Shown here: positions 27,111 through 39,344 of the stretch, one piece after another
Numbering within the stretch: the first letter of the stretch is position 1
How the letters are laid out: the number at the start of each line of letters is the position of its first letter
From: Octopus bimaculoides
Taxonomy: Eukaryota
Direction of reading: 5' to 3'
Length of the DNA stretch: 58,984 nt
Assembly (NCBI RefSeq): GCF_001194135.2
Contig: NC_069004.1
Span: 24,675,047-24,734,030, forward strand
The notes under the pieces: generated by a model
What the model was told of the DNA's origin: nothing
Database searches by the model: none
What the model saw: the letters and a program-made list of their open reading frames with translations, nothing else
Program-made: the position numbers and the translations under genes

Positions 27111-27747
27111 ATGAATCGGACGATCAGGAATGTAATAGTGTTTCATCTGGTTTATTCCTCATTTTCTATGCTGTTAGGTTACGCTGCAAAACTGCCTTGT
27201 AAAGATGATCCGAAATATAGATGCCATCCTACAAAATCGAACCTTTTTGTTCGTTGCACCGGCGGGAAACTCTACCAGTTCTTCTGCCCCATTGAACTTA
27301 ACTTCAATACAGTTACACAAACGTGTGATTGGCCGAAAAAAGCCGATTGCAGCTGGTTAGTTGGGAACAACGTTGAGGGCAATGAAACGGCAACCCCTAA
27401 AAACAGTGATGCGGCCGGAGTCAGAAAAATAGACAAAGATGGTGCTGTGAACGGTGTCGATGGTGATGGCAATGATGATGGTGATGATGATGGTGGTGAT
27501 AGGCGTAACAACTATTATTATTATTATCGTCGAAACAAAGAAGGGCGAGGCAAAAGCACGACCAAAAACTGGTCAACCGGAACAGAATCAAAGACAACTA
27601 CGAAGCGTCCTTGGTGGAAACCGAAACAGCGCCCTCAGGCAACAAGGTTCCCGCCCATACCAACAAACCAGGAGAAGAAGATAGCCAGAAGTCGTCCGGC
27701 CTACAGAAACGGACCCCAGGAGAGAGTGAAGCCAATTTGGAAAGGAT
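27111..27747 (+). CDS. Cda: Chitin deacetylase gene, first coding exon: putative signal peptide, six-Cys chitin-binding (CBM14/peritrophin-A-like) domain and low-complexity linker
   Basis: ATG at 27111 follows an ATG-free leader. MNRTIRNVIVFHLVYSSFSMLLGYA is signal-like (basic n-region, hydrophobic core). It is followed by CKDDPKYRCHPTKSNLFVRCTGGKLYQFFCPIELNFNTVTQTCDWPKKADC, whose CPxxLxFN...CDWP motif is typical of CBM14. The GT donor at 27748 (AT|GTTAGT) is phase 1 and matches the acceptor at 45543. An alternative in-frame acceptor (TTTTCTATGCTGTTAG|G at 27177/27178) means the true start could lie in an unseen upstream exon. Confidence 0.82.
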
Positions 27748-28005
27748 GTTAGTATCAAAGTTCCTTATTTTTGCTTTTCTTCCATTTTGTAAATTGGAGT
27801 TGTAAACGTTGTTGGCATTTTGTGTTTTCGATGTCGTGGTTGCTGTTGTGTGGTTATGTTGTAGTTGTTATTGTAATAGTGGTGGTTGTGGTCGTAGAAA
27901 TTGCTGTTGTTGTTGTGGCTGCTGTTGTTGTTATTGTTATTGTGGTTATTGTTGCTTTTGTTATGTTATTGTTGTGGTTATTATCGTTGTTGTTATGGTT
28001 GTTGT

Positions 28006-28402
28006 GGAGGCGCAATGGCCCAGTGGTTAGGGCAGCGGACTCGTGGTCGTAGGATCGCGGTTTCGATTTCCAAGCCAGCCGTTGTGAGTGTTTATTGAGC
28101 GAAAACACCTAAAAAGCTCCACGAGGCTCCGGCAGGGGATGGTGGCGAACCCTGCTGTACTCTTCCACCACAACGTTCTCTCACTCTTACTTCCTGTTTC
28201 TGTTGTGCCTGTAATTTCAAAGGGTCAGCCTTTTCACACTGTGTCACGCTGAATATCCCCGAGAACTACGTTAAGGGTACACGTGTCTGTGGAGTGCTCA
28301 GCCACTTGCACGTTAATTTCACGAGCAGGCTGTTCCGTTGATCGGATCAATTGGAACCCCCGACGTTGTAAGCGACGGAGTGCCAACAACAACAACAACA
28401 AC
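28006..28402 (+). mobile_element. tRNA-derived SINE family C, full length, (AAC)n tail
   Basis: Head GGAGGCGCAATGGCCCAGTGGTTAGGGCAGCGGACTCG; tail GTAAGCGACGGAGTGCCAACAACAAC. Confidence 0.9.
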
Positions 28403-29816
28403 GTTATGGTTGTTATTGTTGCTTTCGTCATGGTGATGGTACCTGCGGTCGTTTTAACCCTGGTTTTTATTGTACCTGTCATTGCTGCGACTATTACCAT
28501 TATTGTTGTTGTACTTGTTATGGCGGCGATGGTGGTGGTTGTAGTCATTTTAACTGTGGTTCTTATTGTATTTGTTATTGCTGCGACTGTTATTTCTATC
28601 GTTGTGGTGATTGCTGTTTTGTTTCCCGCGTCAATCGAACCACCAATCAACTGTTTTAGGTATACCCCCACCGCACCTGACCGAGCACTGCACATTCCAA
28701 AACACAGCATTTCATGTTATGAGATTTACTGTTAAAGTCTGGACATAGTGTTCTCTCTGTACTCTCCAGTCTAAAATTCAATATAACGCTGACACAAACC
28801 AGCCTGGTTGCCCCTAGATTCACAATTCTGTTTCTGAGCAACACTATTGTACGGCTTGTTGCTATAAGGTTTTAGCGCAGCTCTTATCTATGATAAGCAT
28901 GCAATCGGCTGACGAACGAGGCACAATCCACTGGGCCAAGCTGTCGTGAAGAAGCACTCATCAATGTTACGTTGTCAATATTCGAGATATTTAAACGTTT
29001 GNNNNNNNNNNNNNNNNNNNNNNNNNNNNNNNNNNNNNNNNNNNNNNNNNNNNNNNNNNNNNNNNNNNNNNNNNNNNNNNNNNNNNNNNNNNNNNNNNNN
29101 NNNNNNNNNNNNNNNNNNNNNNNNNNNNNNNNNNNNNNNNNNNNNNNNNNNNNNNNNNNNNNNNNNNNNNNNNNNNNNNNNNNNNNNNNNNNNNNNNNNN
29201 NNNNNNNNNNNNNNNNNNNNNNNNNNNNNNNNNNNNNNNNNNNNNNNNNNNNNNNNNNNNNNNNNNNNNNNNNNNNNNNNNNNNNNNNNNNNNNNNNNNN
29301 NNNNNNNNNNNNNNNNNNNNNNNNNNNNNNNNNNNNNNNNNNNNNNNNNNNNNNNNNNNNNNNNNNNNNNNNNNNNNNNNNNNNNNNNNNNNNNNNNNNN
29401 NNNNNNNNNNNNNNNNNNNNNNNNNNNNNNNNNNNNNNNNNNNNNNNNNNNNNNNNNNNNNNNNNNNNNNNNNNNNNNNNNNNNNNNNNNNNNNNNNNNN
29501 NNNNNNNNNNNNNNNNNNNNNNNNNNNNNNNNNNNNNNNNNNNNNNNNNNNNNNNNNNNNNNNNNNNNNNNNNNNNNNNNNNNNNNNNNNNNNNNNNNNN
29601 NNNNNNNNNNNNNNNNNNNNNNNNNNNNNNNNNNNNNNNNNNNNNNNNNNNNNNNNNNNNNNNNNNNNNNNNNNNNNNNNNNNNNNNNNNNNNNNNNNNN
29701 NNNNNNNNNNNNNNNNNNNNNNNNNNNNNNNNNNNNNNNNNNNNNNNNNNNNNNNNNNNNNNNNNNNNNNNNNNNNNNNNNNNNNNNNNNNNNNNNNNNN
29801 NNNNNNNNNNNNNNNN

Positions 29817-29900
<84 letters not shown>

Positions 29901-31050
29901 AAGAAAGAGACAGAGACACAGAAAGAGATAAAGATGGTTATGCATATACATATATACGTGTGTGTGTGTATGTGTGTATGTCCGGCTTCCATACTTTCTG
30001 TCTACTAAATTCACTTGCAATGTCCAGGGTTACAGTAAAAGACAATGGGCCGAGGAGTCGTGCACTGGAACTGAACCCCAAAATCACGTCGTTGCAAAGC
30101 GAGCTTTTTATCCACAAAGATACGCCTGAGCCTACAAACGTAAAATTATTTTATAATTTTCAGCAGTAACTGTGACAATGCTGCATATTAAATGTGGTTG
30201 CTGATTTCAAAACTTCTTAATCATGGGACTTAGGAAAAGATGGTGGCCCCTCTATATGTAAATAAGTGACTGTTTTTGATTATATGAGTAGTCGAAGATA
30301 CACTTGTCTTGCCAGTGCCAGGTATGATGGTATAATTGTCGGTGCTCTGGCGCCATGACTTTGTATAAAGCGTTTCTAAGTCATGTGTATGTGTAATTTA
30401 AGATAATCTGATGTATATCAATGTTATAGTTTAAGATGGCTGTGTTCGCTGGTAATTCAGTGGAAGAGTGTCATGGGTTATGCACAAAAGCAATAGTTTA
30501 TTGATATAAACTCCTCATTTGGAAACAAGAAAATTAAAACCTGACGGAAAACTTGAGCGACATCCAAACATAAGGGGAGGTAATTTGAATAACTTGAGAG
30601 TGAAATTCTCAAATTAATTTCCACGCTTCAGTGAAGGACAGTCTAATCTTTGCAGACATGAGATAAAATTGGACAAATATTTCGGTTTATTTGAACTCGT
30701 CAGCATAGTATATCTTTTGTAATAACTGAATGTTGTTTCAACAACTCTCCAAATCTCATGCAGTTTCCAACACTCTCATCAACTTGCTTCATTCATGCAA
30801 TCCTTACCGTCACACAGGCACTCTTAACACTGCTTGATCACTTTTTCTGCTTAAATAGTACACTCTACAAAACCGCAACTGTCTCTGCATTTGTTTGGTT
30901 ATCCTACCACAGTCTCGTTGCAGATAGACATGGTATAAATTTTACTACATATATCTCACTTCCTCCAGAAAACCGATTGGTCGGAATACCGTCATATTAT
31001 GCCAATTATCTTTAGCAGCACACACGCTTTACTCCTGACCTATTAGAAAC

Positions 31051-31435
31051 ATTTTAGCACTCCGTCGCTTACGACGACGAGGGTTCCAGTTGATCCGATC
31101 AACGGAACAGCCTGCTCGTGAAATTAACGTGCAAGTGGCTGAGTACTCCACAGACACGGATATCCTTAACGCAGTTCTCGGGGGATATTCAGCGTGACAC
31201 AGAGTGTGACAGCGCTGGCCCTTTGAAATACAGTCACAACAGGAACAGGAAGTAAGAGTGAGAGAAAATTGTGGTGAAAGAGTACAGCAGGGTTCGCCAC
31301 CATCCCCTGCCGGAGCCTCGTGGAGCTTTAGGTATTTTTCGTTCAATAAAATCTCATAACGCCTGGTCTGGGAATCGAAACTGCGATCCTATTACCGCGA
31401 GTCCGCTGCCCGAACCAATGTGCCATTGCGCTTCA
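31051..31435 (-). mobile_element. SINE family C, full length, with 11-bp target-site duplication
   Basis: Reverse complement of 28006-28400; CTATTAGAAAC at both 31040-31050 and 31436-31446. Confidence 0.9.
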
Positions 31436-31589
31436 CTATTAGAAACCAATAGGGACAGCAACTACATTTTTATACATTTTTATACATCCAACATTTATCA
31501 AAAAACTCAATAACCCAAGCTCACCTAGGAGTTATCCCATGTACAACGCATTCAATGGAGGGAAGGAATTCTTTTACTATTTTCCTTGT

Positions 31590-31960
31590 TTTATTCATTG
31601 GACTGCGATGATTCTGTGGCACCGTCTTGAGGGATTTGGTCAAACAAATCATTCCCATTACTTGCGTGTTTTTAAAAAATTTTGGTCCTTTTCTATCGGT
31701 ATTTTTTCCTGAGTCGTTAAGTTACGGGGACGTTAACAAACCAACATCAGTAGTCAAGCGATAGGGGTTAACAAACACGGACACAATGACATACACTCAC
31801 AATAGATACATGCACACACACAGACATACATGCGACGGGCTTCCATGCAGTCTCCGTCAGCCAAACTTACTAAGACATTGGTCGGATATGGGCCTTGATA
31901 GAAGACGTTTGCCGCAGATGCAGCGCATTGGGATTGAACACGAAACCAGCCCCAATTCCA
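31590..31960 (-). mobile_element. SINE family A (old, degenerate)
   Basis: AAGTTACGGGGACG..GTCAAGCGAT and GCGACGGGCTTCCATGCAG..GAAGACGTTTGCC. Confidence 0.7.
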
Positions 31961-32149
31961 TACAGAAGGTACATTGCAAGCCTCCAAATCTACCCCCTTG
32001 CAACACGCCAGGCTCCACAACTTACAAACGCTCACACCAAGTACTGAAATTCCTGTAGTGACTTCAAATCACCAACGCAACCCACTCTGATAAGTTCCCT
32101 TTCATTATATTCTAACACAGTGCCTAAGAATTTGCCCTGAAATTCACCA

Positions 32150-32300
32150 AAGTCTTCCATGTCTTACTTAATACTTTGTTGAGAAACGAAATACAGTAGC
32201 CATTTTCCCAAGAGAGATAACTCTTCTGGCCCTACCGCCTATCGGCATATTGCACTCATTTTCCATCATTTCGAAATTAATAAAGATCGCCATTATGAAT
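32150..32300 (+). mobile_element. Possible CR1/L2-type LINE RT fragment
   Basis: VAIFPKRDNSSGPTAYRHIALI resembles PIPKKGDxSxPxNYRPIAL. Confidence 0.4.
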
Positions 32301-32477
32301 GACGTTCTCTACCAGTCTGAATACGCACCTCTCTCAGTCTCTCAGTCTCTCACTCTATCACTCTCACCCTCTCTTACCCCCTATTTTTCTCCCTCGCTCA
32401 TCAACTACCACTAGCAACAAGGATTGTTGATTAATTTGACGTTATTCTCTCTTTATCTTTCTGCCTATGGTCGGTTC

Positions 32478-32541
<64 letters not shown>

Positions 32542-32703
32542 GTCTGTCTGTCTGTCTGTCTGTGTGACTGTCGGTCTATTTGCCTATCTATTTGTCAGTA
32601 TATCTATCTGTCTGCTTATCTGTCGATCTATCTATCTATCTATATGTCTGTTTGTCTATCTACCTACCTACCTACCTACCTACCTATCTATCTATCTACA
32701 TAC

Positions 32704-32756
<53 letters not shown>

Positions 32757-32757
32757 A

Positions 32758-32797
<40 letters not shown>

Positions 32798-33355
32798 CTT
32801 TACCTATTTATCCCACTCACATTTTACGCATCGAACTATACGCATATTGATCTATCCGCATATCTATTCAGTTAGCTTTCTGTATCTATTTACTTCTTTA
32901 AATGTCTACCTTTCGCCATCAATTCCTAAGTCACCGAGGTTAAAGATTAAGACATAATGAAGAAACAATATACCTAATGTCTATTAGTGTATACTAGAAT
33001 TTCTGTTATCTCGAAATTTTCTTATATAAGTTTCTCGCTCTATTATAAAACACATTTATCCGTAACGATACATGAATGTTGCTATTATTCTGCTACAATA
33101 ATAAACGCTATATATGGTCTTATGCATCCGAAGAAGCTGATATTTTTCAAATTGATGTAATGCTTGCATTGATCGATTAAATACAGCCACCTGAAACGGC
33201 CGTAATGAACTAATGCTTTGACATCCCTATTACTTATCAGCTTTTAATTCACCTTACGTTGAGCTGTGCGGATGATACCGGACTGACTTGGTGCCTCAAC
33301 TTAACTGCCTAATTCAACTGAATCTTATCTCTATCTCCCTCTCTCTCTCTCTCTG

Positions 33356-33399
<44 letters not shown>

Positions 33400-33403
<4 letters not shown>

Positions 33404-33610
33404 GCTGTTTGTCCCCCACTATCACTTGATAACTGATGTTGGTGTATTTATGTCCCTCGTAACTTAGCAGTTCGGCAAAAGACACCGATAGAATAAGTAC
33501 TGGGATGACAAAGAATAAGTACTGCAGTCAATTTGTTCCACTAAAGGCGGTGTTCCAGCATGGCCGCAGTCAAATGACTGAGACGAGTAAAAGAATAAAA
33601 GAATAAAAGG
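33400..33610 (+). mobile_element. SINE family A tail half following (TG)n
   Basis: TTTGTCCCCCAC..TAACTTAGCAGTTCGGCAAAAGACACCGATAGAATAAGTACT..CAGCATGGCCGCAGTCAAATGACTGA. Confidence 0.85.
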
Positions 33611-33759
33611 ATTCATAGTATTTATTGTACGTATGTATGTATGTTTGTACTGATGTCTCTCTGTATATATATATATGTTTGCGTGCATGTGTGTGTGTAA
33701 GTGAGTGTGCGAGTGTGTGTGCGCATGTGTGTCCGCGTGCGTGTGTGCATATATCTAGG

Positions 33760-33810
<51 letters not shown>

Positions 33811-33812
33811 AT

Positions 33813-33857
<45 letters not shown>

Positions 33858-33860
<3 letters not shown>

Positions 33861-34020
33861 TCCGTGTTTTTCTCCTTGTCTCCGTATTCTTTCTGTTGAA
33901 GAGCGTAGCTCGAAACGTCAAAGACTTTCCGTATTCCCGAGCGTCATACTAATATATACTTTTGTTATTTACACCACCTGTCCTCGTCTGTTGTTATTTT
34001 TTGTATATTCTCCCATATAT
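33858..34020 (+). mobile_element. Penelope-type terminal repeat carrying a minimal hammerhead-like motif (33888-33924)
   Basis: UCUUU-CUGUUGA-A-GAGC-GUA-GCUC-GAAA-C-GUC-AAAGA: helix I UCUUU/AAAGA, helix II GAGC/GCUC, palindromic ACGU in place of helix III. Confidence 0.55.
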
Positions 34021-34217
34021 ATATATATACATATATAATCAAACAATAAGCAACACGGATTTCAAAAGTGATTGCAGTGCGCACGTTTCATGCTACTTCA
34101 ATTTATTTAAGTAATGCGAGCATTACCTTAATTGCAATATGAAGAGCAATCTTCAGCTGCACGAAAATATATATACATATATATATATATATATTTATAT
34201 GTATGTATGTATGTATT

Positions 34218-34249
<32 letters not shown>

Positions 34250-34650
34250 TGTATGTATGTATGTATGTATGTATGTATGTATGTGTGTATGTGTGTATAT
34301 AAGTAAAAACCGATCATGAGATAAAGTGTCAATGACATTGATGATATTGTTAGACAGGATATCGTTTTTGATACAGATAATACGGTGATGCGGCCTTTCT
34401 ACAACCAAGTGAAAATAACATAGTCGCATCCGTTTTCATAAGTGTTAGTAGTGATAGCGATTGCGCAAGCAATAACAACAACGTCAACATAAATATCAGC
34501 AATGATAACAATAATAGCTACAATAATTACAATAACAGCTGATATCTTTCTCACTGAATGGTGCTGTATTTCACACCAATTATTATCCGTTAACTCCTGT
34601 ATTAAACATTACTGCGTATTACCAGAATTGTTAACCCTAGACAAGTATCT

Positions 34651-34807
34651 AGGAGTGGCTGTGTGGTAAGTAGCTTGCTTACCAACCACATGGTTCCGGG
34701 TTCAGTCCCACTGCGTGGCATCTTGAGCAAGTGTCTTCTACTATAGCCTCGGTCCGACCAAAGCCTTGTGAGTGGATTTGGTAGACGGAAACTGAAAGAA
34801 GCCCGTC

Positions 34808-34857
<50 letters not shown>

Positions 34858-35075
34858 GTGTGTGTTTGTGTGTCTGTGTTTGTCCCCCTAGCATTGCTTG
34901 ACAAACGATGCTGGTGTGTTTATGTCCCCGTCACATTAGCGGTTCGGCATTAGAAACCGATAGAATAAGTACTAGGCTTACAAAGAATAAGTCCCGGGGT
35001 CGATTTGCTCGACTAAAGGCGTTCCTCCAGTATGGCCGCAGTCAAATGACTGAAACAAGTAAAAGAGTAAAAGAG
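34651..35075 (+). mobile_element. SINE family A, full length, young
   Basis: AGGAGTGGCTGTGTGGTAAGTAGCTTG head, internal (TA)n(TG)n, AAAAGAGT tail repeats. Confidence 0.9.
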
Positions 35076-35103
35076 TATATATATTTATATATATATATAT
35101 ATA

Positions 35104-35384
35104 CGAGGGTGAATCAAAAAGTAATGCCATTTTGTTTAGGACAAGTATAATTACCAACACAGGAATATCTATCATACATTTAGTGCCTTCAGACTATCAT
35201 CTCTTCGGCCCCGTGAAAGGGGGCTTGAGAGGCAAGCGTTATTCCAGCGACGAGGAAGTGAAAACTGTAGTGAAGAAGTGGCTCAAAGAACAGTCAACAG
35301 AATTTTACGGGGCAGGGATACATGCTCACATTCGAAGGTAGAACATTGCTATTGAGAGAAACGGTGACTATGCTGAGAAGTAGG
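35104..35384 (+). mobile_element. Internally deleted mariner element (terminal repeat plus transposase C-terminus)
   Basis: TA|CGAGGGTGAATCAAAAAG terminus, then LVPSDYHLFGPVKGGLRGKRYSSDEEVKTVVKKWLKEQSTEFYGAGIH..NGDYAEK*. Confidence 0.85.
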
Positions 35385-35518
35385 GACTTATTCTTTGTAA
35401 GCCTAGTACTTATTATATCGGTTCCTTTTATGGAACCGCTAGGTTACGGGGACGTAAGCACACCAATATCGGTTGCCAAGCGTTGGTGGGGGGNNNNNNN
35501 NNNNNNNNNNNNNNNNNN

Positions 35519-35563
<45 letters not shown>

Positions 35564-35712
35564 AATATATATATATGTATATACGACGGGCTTCTTTCAG
35601 CTTCCGCTTACCAAATCCACTCACAAGGCTTTGGCCGGCCCGAGGCTATAGTAGAAGACACTTGCTCAAGATTTCACGCAGTTGGACTGATTCCAGAACT
35701 ATGTGCTTGGTA
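35385..35712 (-). mobile_element. SINE family A (inverted relative to 34651-35075)
   Basis: GACTTATTCTTTGTAAGCCTAGTACTTATT..ACGACGGGCTTCTTTCAG..GAAGACACTTGCTCAAG. Confidence 0.85.
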
Positions 35713-35929
35713 AGCCCCCGTATTCCTGTTCGTGCAGGAACACGGGGGTTCACTCAACAACATAGAAGTTAAAAATCTTGTCCACACATAGAACAGACGC
35801 AACGCTTAGACGAATTACGGAAGCTACACATATAATAGAATATACAAGAATAAGGGCAGGGAATCGTCAATTAGTAATAGAATTAATAATTAACAATTTT
35901 GCCAAGTAGTTCAGTATGAAAAAACCTTT

Positions 35930-36075
35930 ATCGGTAAAACCATTTATCATCATAAATATACAGGGATTAGCATTGAGTTGCTTCTCCAACATACTGAACA
36001 TTTAGAAATAGCAGTCAAAGAACTACTGATTCTAAACTGAAGCCTAGCCTGAATAGAAAACTGGAATGGAACTCT
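35930..36075 (+). mobile_element. Possible Penelope-like GIY-YIG endonuclease 3-prime remnant
   Basis: VKELLI/SKLKPSLNR (one frameshift) resembles the KExLxIxxLKPSLN end of PLE ORFs. Confidence 0.4.
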
Positions 36076-36622
36076 CGCACCCCCACCACAGACCACAACC
36101 TATGACACAAAAGGATTCCCATACTGATAATAACATGATTATAATACAATACACAGATAAGTAAATGGAATTAAATAACTATATTCATTAACAAAATAAA
36201 TTAAATTAAATTGAATCAATACAAAAGAAAAATAGAAAGAAAAGAAAAAGTAAGTAGATATAAACAAATGAATAAAATGAATAAAAATAAATTAAACGTA
36301 CGTGTATAAACAGGGGATACTGATAATGCAGGCACATTTCCACACACACACTTGCTAAACATAAATACAGACAGGGATATACGCATGCGCAAATAAAGAC
36401 ACAGAGAATAGGAATACAAAATGGCAGATCATTATTAAGGAGAGGGACACAAAAAAAAAGAACAAAGCAAAGGACCACTGATGAGGTCACAGAAGTGTGA
36501 CGAAAGAACACAAAATAGAACTGAAATACAATTAATATAGAATAAAGCTGAAGCAAGTGAACACCAAATATATAGTGCGTGTGTTTTTATTGGCTAAACT
36601 GGCAACATGACCATCCCCAAAT

Positions 36623-36683
<61 letters not shown>

Positions 36684-36779
36684 CTGAGGGTGATAAATTG
36701 AATATTAATTTAATTAACATCAATTTAAAACTAGTGGCCTAACATAAAAAATATGAAAATTCAGAAAAATTGTATTACA

Positions 36780-36960
36780 TGCGTATAAGAAGGGATGACC
36801 ACTAACTGCACATCCGATATGCTAGAAAGAGGTCATCAACGACCCAACCACAAAGAAAAATAATGTTCGAACATTCATTATTTTTCTTTGTGGTTGGGTC
36901 GTTGATCACCTCTTTCTAGCATATCGGATGTCCACTTAGTGTCATCCCTTCTTATGCGCA
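36780..36960. repeat. 181-bp near-perfect palindrome (fold-back element)
   Basis: Arms of about 85 bp differ at only a handful of positions; centre AATGTTCGAACATT. Confidence 0.9.
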
Positions 36961-37841
36961 TATATATAGATATAGATAGATAGATCCCAGTGCTCAAATG
37001 ATATTTACTTTATTCACCCCGAAGTGTGGAAGACACACAGACAACCACGGCAGAATTTGAACCCATAACGTAAAGACGGAGAATATGCATAGTAACGACT
37101 GTCAGCCTCTCTTTCTCTCTCTATCTCCTCTCCTTCCCTCTCTCTCTCTCTCTCCCCCTCCCACTCTCTCTCCGCTTCCACCCCTCTGTGTGTGTGTGTG
37201 GTTTCTATTTACAAGATCAAAATCTTTGTACACAGTTTCTAATTCACGTCGAAACCTTCATATTTATAACCATACAAAACTAAGATATGCGCTAAATAAG
37301 AACAATTTGCTCAGCTAATACTGTCTCCATATCTCTTGACGTACAGTCTTTATCAACATACACCGAATGCCTGATTAGATATATAGATAACTATGTAATA
37401 TATAATAGCAACATCAGCCTAAAATACAACACGAAAGCATTAGTCTACTTCTATTGTTAAATATTCAGTATGCAGCGTGAAATATTGTGTTACATATTTG
37501 AGGAATTGTTTTCTAATTTTGCAATTATCTTAAAGACCAAATAACAGTTAGTTTTCCCAAATCCAATCTACGTCTTCATGACATAAATACGACTTTTATA
37601 GAATCATGTTTTGACATATACACGCACACATATATGTGTGAGTGCATTTAAATATATATATATATATATATATATAACGTGAGAGATTAGGGGTTGGGGG
37701 TACAACCCACTAAGGGATAGTATCTATCCAGTATACTGCTGGGAGGGTACCCAATTATTGCTACGCTAGTGCTATACTAGGTGCAATCAATGGGAGCGGG
37801 TAAAAGTGGAGGTTTTACCCAAAATTTGTGTAACAATTAGA

Positions 37842-37873
<32 letters not shown>

Positions 37874-38238
37874 TAATATAAAAAAAATATATATATATGC
37901 ATATATTTACACGCACACACATACATATATATATGTATGTATGTATATATATATACATATACATATGAGTGTATCTGTGTGTATAAATGATTTACTCACC
38001 ACCACTACGACTATGAAAACAGCAACCATATAAACAACAACGATGACAATAACAATAACAATAACAAGCATCATAGACATTATCAATATAAAACACATTA
38101 TTACACTATTTCCATTTGACACCACACCAACCGTTTAACATAACTTCTGTATTGCTCTGTCTTGCTACTAACGCATTCGTCATGACATATTCGATCGATA
38201 AAGTTGATTATGTATATGATACATTACTCACACATACC

Positions 38239-38269
<31 letters not shown>

Positions 38270-38596
38270 NNNNNNNNNNNNNNNNNNNNNNNNNNNNNNN
38301 NNNNNNNNNNNNNNNNNNNNNNNNNNNNNNNNNNNNNNNNNNNNNNNNNNNNNNNNNNNNNNNNNNNNNNNNNNNNNNNNNNNNNNNNNNNNNNNNNNNN
38401 NNNNNNNNNNNNNNNNNNNNNNNNNNNNNNNNNNNNNNNNNNNNNNNNNNNNNNNNNNNNNNNNNNNNNNNNNNNNNNNNNNNNNNNNNNNNNNNNNNNN
38501 NNNNNNNNNNNNNNNNNNNNNNNNNNNNNNNNNNNNNNNNNNNNNNNNNNNNNNNNNNNNNNNNNNNNNNNNNNNATATACATGTATACATACATA

Positions 38597-38633
<37 letters not shown>

Positions 38634-39174
38634 AATATATATGTGTGTGTGTGTTTCTGTTGTATTATTAACATATCTTCATATATGTTTGTGTACACAC
38701 GCATACATATATACCTACACACATACAAACACATGAATAAATGTGATTAAGTGTATGTAAATGTTTATATTAGATTTCGATATGATATAATTATGGTACA
38801 CACCTGTGCCACGAGGATCGTTGTCAATTGTCTGCAATATTTCTTGAAACAATTAACACCAGAATGTGAAGAAAACAAAAACAACAACAACCTAATGCAG
38901 ACAAGCAAACACATCCACACACATATACATGTATAAAAACAAACAAACACAAAAGCATAAACGTATGAAGGAATTTTTTCTGTACCAATGTACGAGCCAA
39001 GATCTTAGCTAAAATGTGTGTAACTACAAACTATCTGTCTGTCTGTCTGTCTGCCTGCCTGCCTGCCTGCCTGTCTGCCTGTCTGTCTGCCTGTCTGTCT
39101 GTCTACCTGCCTGTTTGTCTGCCTGTCTGTCTGTCTATCTCTCCATCAATCAATCAATCAATCAATCTATCTAC

Positions 39175-39344
<170 letters not shown>

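Noticed and set aside
28006-28080. tRNA-like sequences
   Set aside because: They are SINE heads continuing into multicopy SINE bodies, not tRNA genes.
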